This document shows, in pieces, positions 61,970 to 64,000 of a stretch of 64,000 nt of DNA. Within the stretch, counting starts at the first letter, position 1. Every line of letters begins with the position of its first letter. Below the pieces are notes generated by a model that ran no database searches, was not told where the DNA came from, and was given only the letters and a program-made list of their open reading frames with translations. The position numbers were made by a program, and so were the translations under genes. The stretch comes from Diadema antillarum. Its lineage: Eukaryota. The stretch covers positions 62,001 to 126,000 of the forward strand of contig NW_027271282.1 of NCBI RefSeq assembly GCF_040938485.1, given 5' to 3'.

Positions 61970-62705
61970 AGTGAAAGCACATTTTTGGAAATTCATGCCC
62001 AAACAAGAAAATGCATGCTGACATCCGAATTTGAATCATGTTGTAGCAATGAATCTAAATGAATTTGAAAGGACTAACCATAAAGTTGTTTGATCAAAGT
62101 CACTCCACTGTTTCAAAGATACCATTTGAATGCACATAAAACGAAAGAGGAAGATTATCTTTCCAGGGGAAAGGGAAAAACCTACATGAACATATTCTGT
62201 GAATGCAATGTTTTGAGTTTCAACTTCTATACCTCGGAAAGCACCAGCGTAGAGGATTTTCGGCTAGGAAAAATGTTGTTTATCGTAGGATTTGAAAATG
62301 GAAGCAGAAATCAAGAAAAAGTTGACCAACAGGTCTGATTTCCGTATCCGTGTCTTGCTATAGGCCTACTACATATGGCAGTAAGTTCATTTTTACAGCA
62401 AAGTGTTTTCTTTCACCTCACGGAAAATTTAATAATGGTTTTTGCTTTTGTATACCTTGTTATTGTAGATATTCCGGATCAACTTTTATAACCTCATGAA
62501 TTTTATGTGATCATGACGTCATCACATCATATGACGTCATCATATGCCTGCAAACCAGTATAGCTTTCCTCAGCACTTGCTCAAAGTCATGAAGTGAAGA
62601 GGATGGGAAGAGGATGGTGTGAACATTATAGACATAGATACTCATGACGTCATTTTGACTCGCGCAGGTCCTATCGAAGTTAATACTCAACAAAAGTGTA
62701 CTTAC

Positions 62706-62894
62706 GCTGCACTTGCAAGGTTCGGGACCTTTCGCTGCCAATGAGATGACACTGAAGGACGCCCCCATTGTCAGCTGCTGTTGCAGTTAACGTCATCTCG
62801 CTACGAACGTTGTAATACTTGTAATAATTGAAACCGTAGGCGAGACCAGCGGTAACAGACTCATTTGCATATGTAGCAACTCCATTATCTCTTC
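62706..62894 (-). CDS. Paralog C Ig C-terminal-half exon
   Basis: 189 nt, phase 1-1; ORF 62680..62934. Confidence 0.8.
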
Positions 62895-63492
62895 CTTTAC
62901 ATGAGAAACAGGAAAAAACATAAAACAAAGACAAAAAGAAAGGAGTTTGAATTACATTTGAAGTTAACCTTGTATGATACCTATCAGAAAATTGAAAAAC
63001 GATATTATCTAAGGCATTTGACAGACTTTGAACAAAATCCTAAATGAGTCATAGAATCAATTTCGAAAAACATGCTATTGGAACTCGCATATCCTGTTCA
63101 CTGTATTTTTTTTTTATTGCAACGACATGTATTTTTCAGAATGTTACTCTTTTATTTTCTTTTTGTATTTGTAACTGTTTAAAACTAAAAAATTCTTCGT
63201 GTCACTGTTCAAATCAGATATCTAGTTTAATTTGAAGATAAGAAATCAGATTTCCTTACTCGCGATATCATAAAATAGACCTGTCTTTATGCATTTATGG
63301 TTTTTCATAAGAAATAATTCGGCATTCTTTGAGAGAATTTTATAAACGTTGTTGACAGAATAATTACTTGTAATAAACCAAACACTATCACGGTTCGAAA
63401 GTGATGATACAAATTAGTTATTTATCATTTAACAGTGCGCTACCTTGCTACGCATGCAGTCATGAAATACGTGAATAATGGAGCAGACTCAC

Positions 63493-63801
63493 GGTCTCCC
63501 TCACACCTCACTCCCGCGTCTTCACCGTGACTGCAGTCGTGGCATCCCCAGGCATAACGAGGGCAAGCGAGCAGAGAGTTTTCAGTTCCAGCACAGCCGA
63601 CGCTGTCAAGCCAGATAGGTCCAGATCCCTGCCCAAAGTGGGCTCCAGTATAATGAGCTGAGGCGGATGAGTAGCCAAGCTCTCTGCAAACGGCGTGCGC
63701 GTCGTTGATATCCCAGCCATCGTCACAAACCGTGCCCCACTGCCCGTTGCACGATATCTCAACTCGCCCCTCTCTTTCGCTTGAGCCGCCAGTCAGTCTC
63801 A
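63493..63801 (-). CDS. Paralog C SRCR exon (gene continues beyond the window end)
   Basis: 309 nt; tacag acceptor and C|gtgagt donor; ORF 63440..63916. Confidence 0.93.
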
Positions 63802-64000
63802 CTGTAATAACACCACATTCGTAATATACTACAAACAAACACACAACTCTTAGCCAAACAAAACTCCTTGAGCACACAAACACCTCTCCCTCACACAAAT
63901 TCATTTGGCAGGACAATGTTTTCTATCATTTTCATGTTTCTTGAATACAAGCATATTCATACATTGGGCCTACTACTCAAGCTGGTATCATATCATGTCG

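Overview
Eukaryotic, intron-containing, repeat-rich DNA, probably an echinoderm such as a sea urchin (inferred from the SRCR gene family and repeat types; not provable here). The window holds a head-to-tail tandem array of three minus-strand paralogs of one predicted type-I membrane protein. Copy A spans 301-10748. Copy B spans 37126-47175 and is disrupted by an insertion. Copy C starts at 52199 and its 5' end lies beyond the window. The exon order, read from GT-AG boundaries (nearly all phase 1-1), is: signal peptide; N-terminal half of a C2-set Ig domain; SRCR domain; C-terminal half of the Ig domain; 2-4 atypical four-cysteine Ig-like domains; a TM helix with a very short tail. The most striking feature is that the SRCR exon sits between the two halves of a single Ig domain. 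About 18 kb of nested transposons occupy a (TA)n tract between A and B. They include an inverted Penelope pair, a ~10 kb L2/Crack-type LINE with a long inter-ORF spacer, a truncated LINE, TA- and TTAA-target DNA elements and several minimal hammerhead ribozyme motifs. Exon coordinates were read by hand and have no transcript support. No database searches were run.
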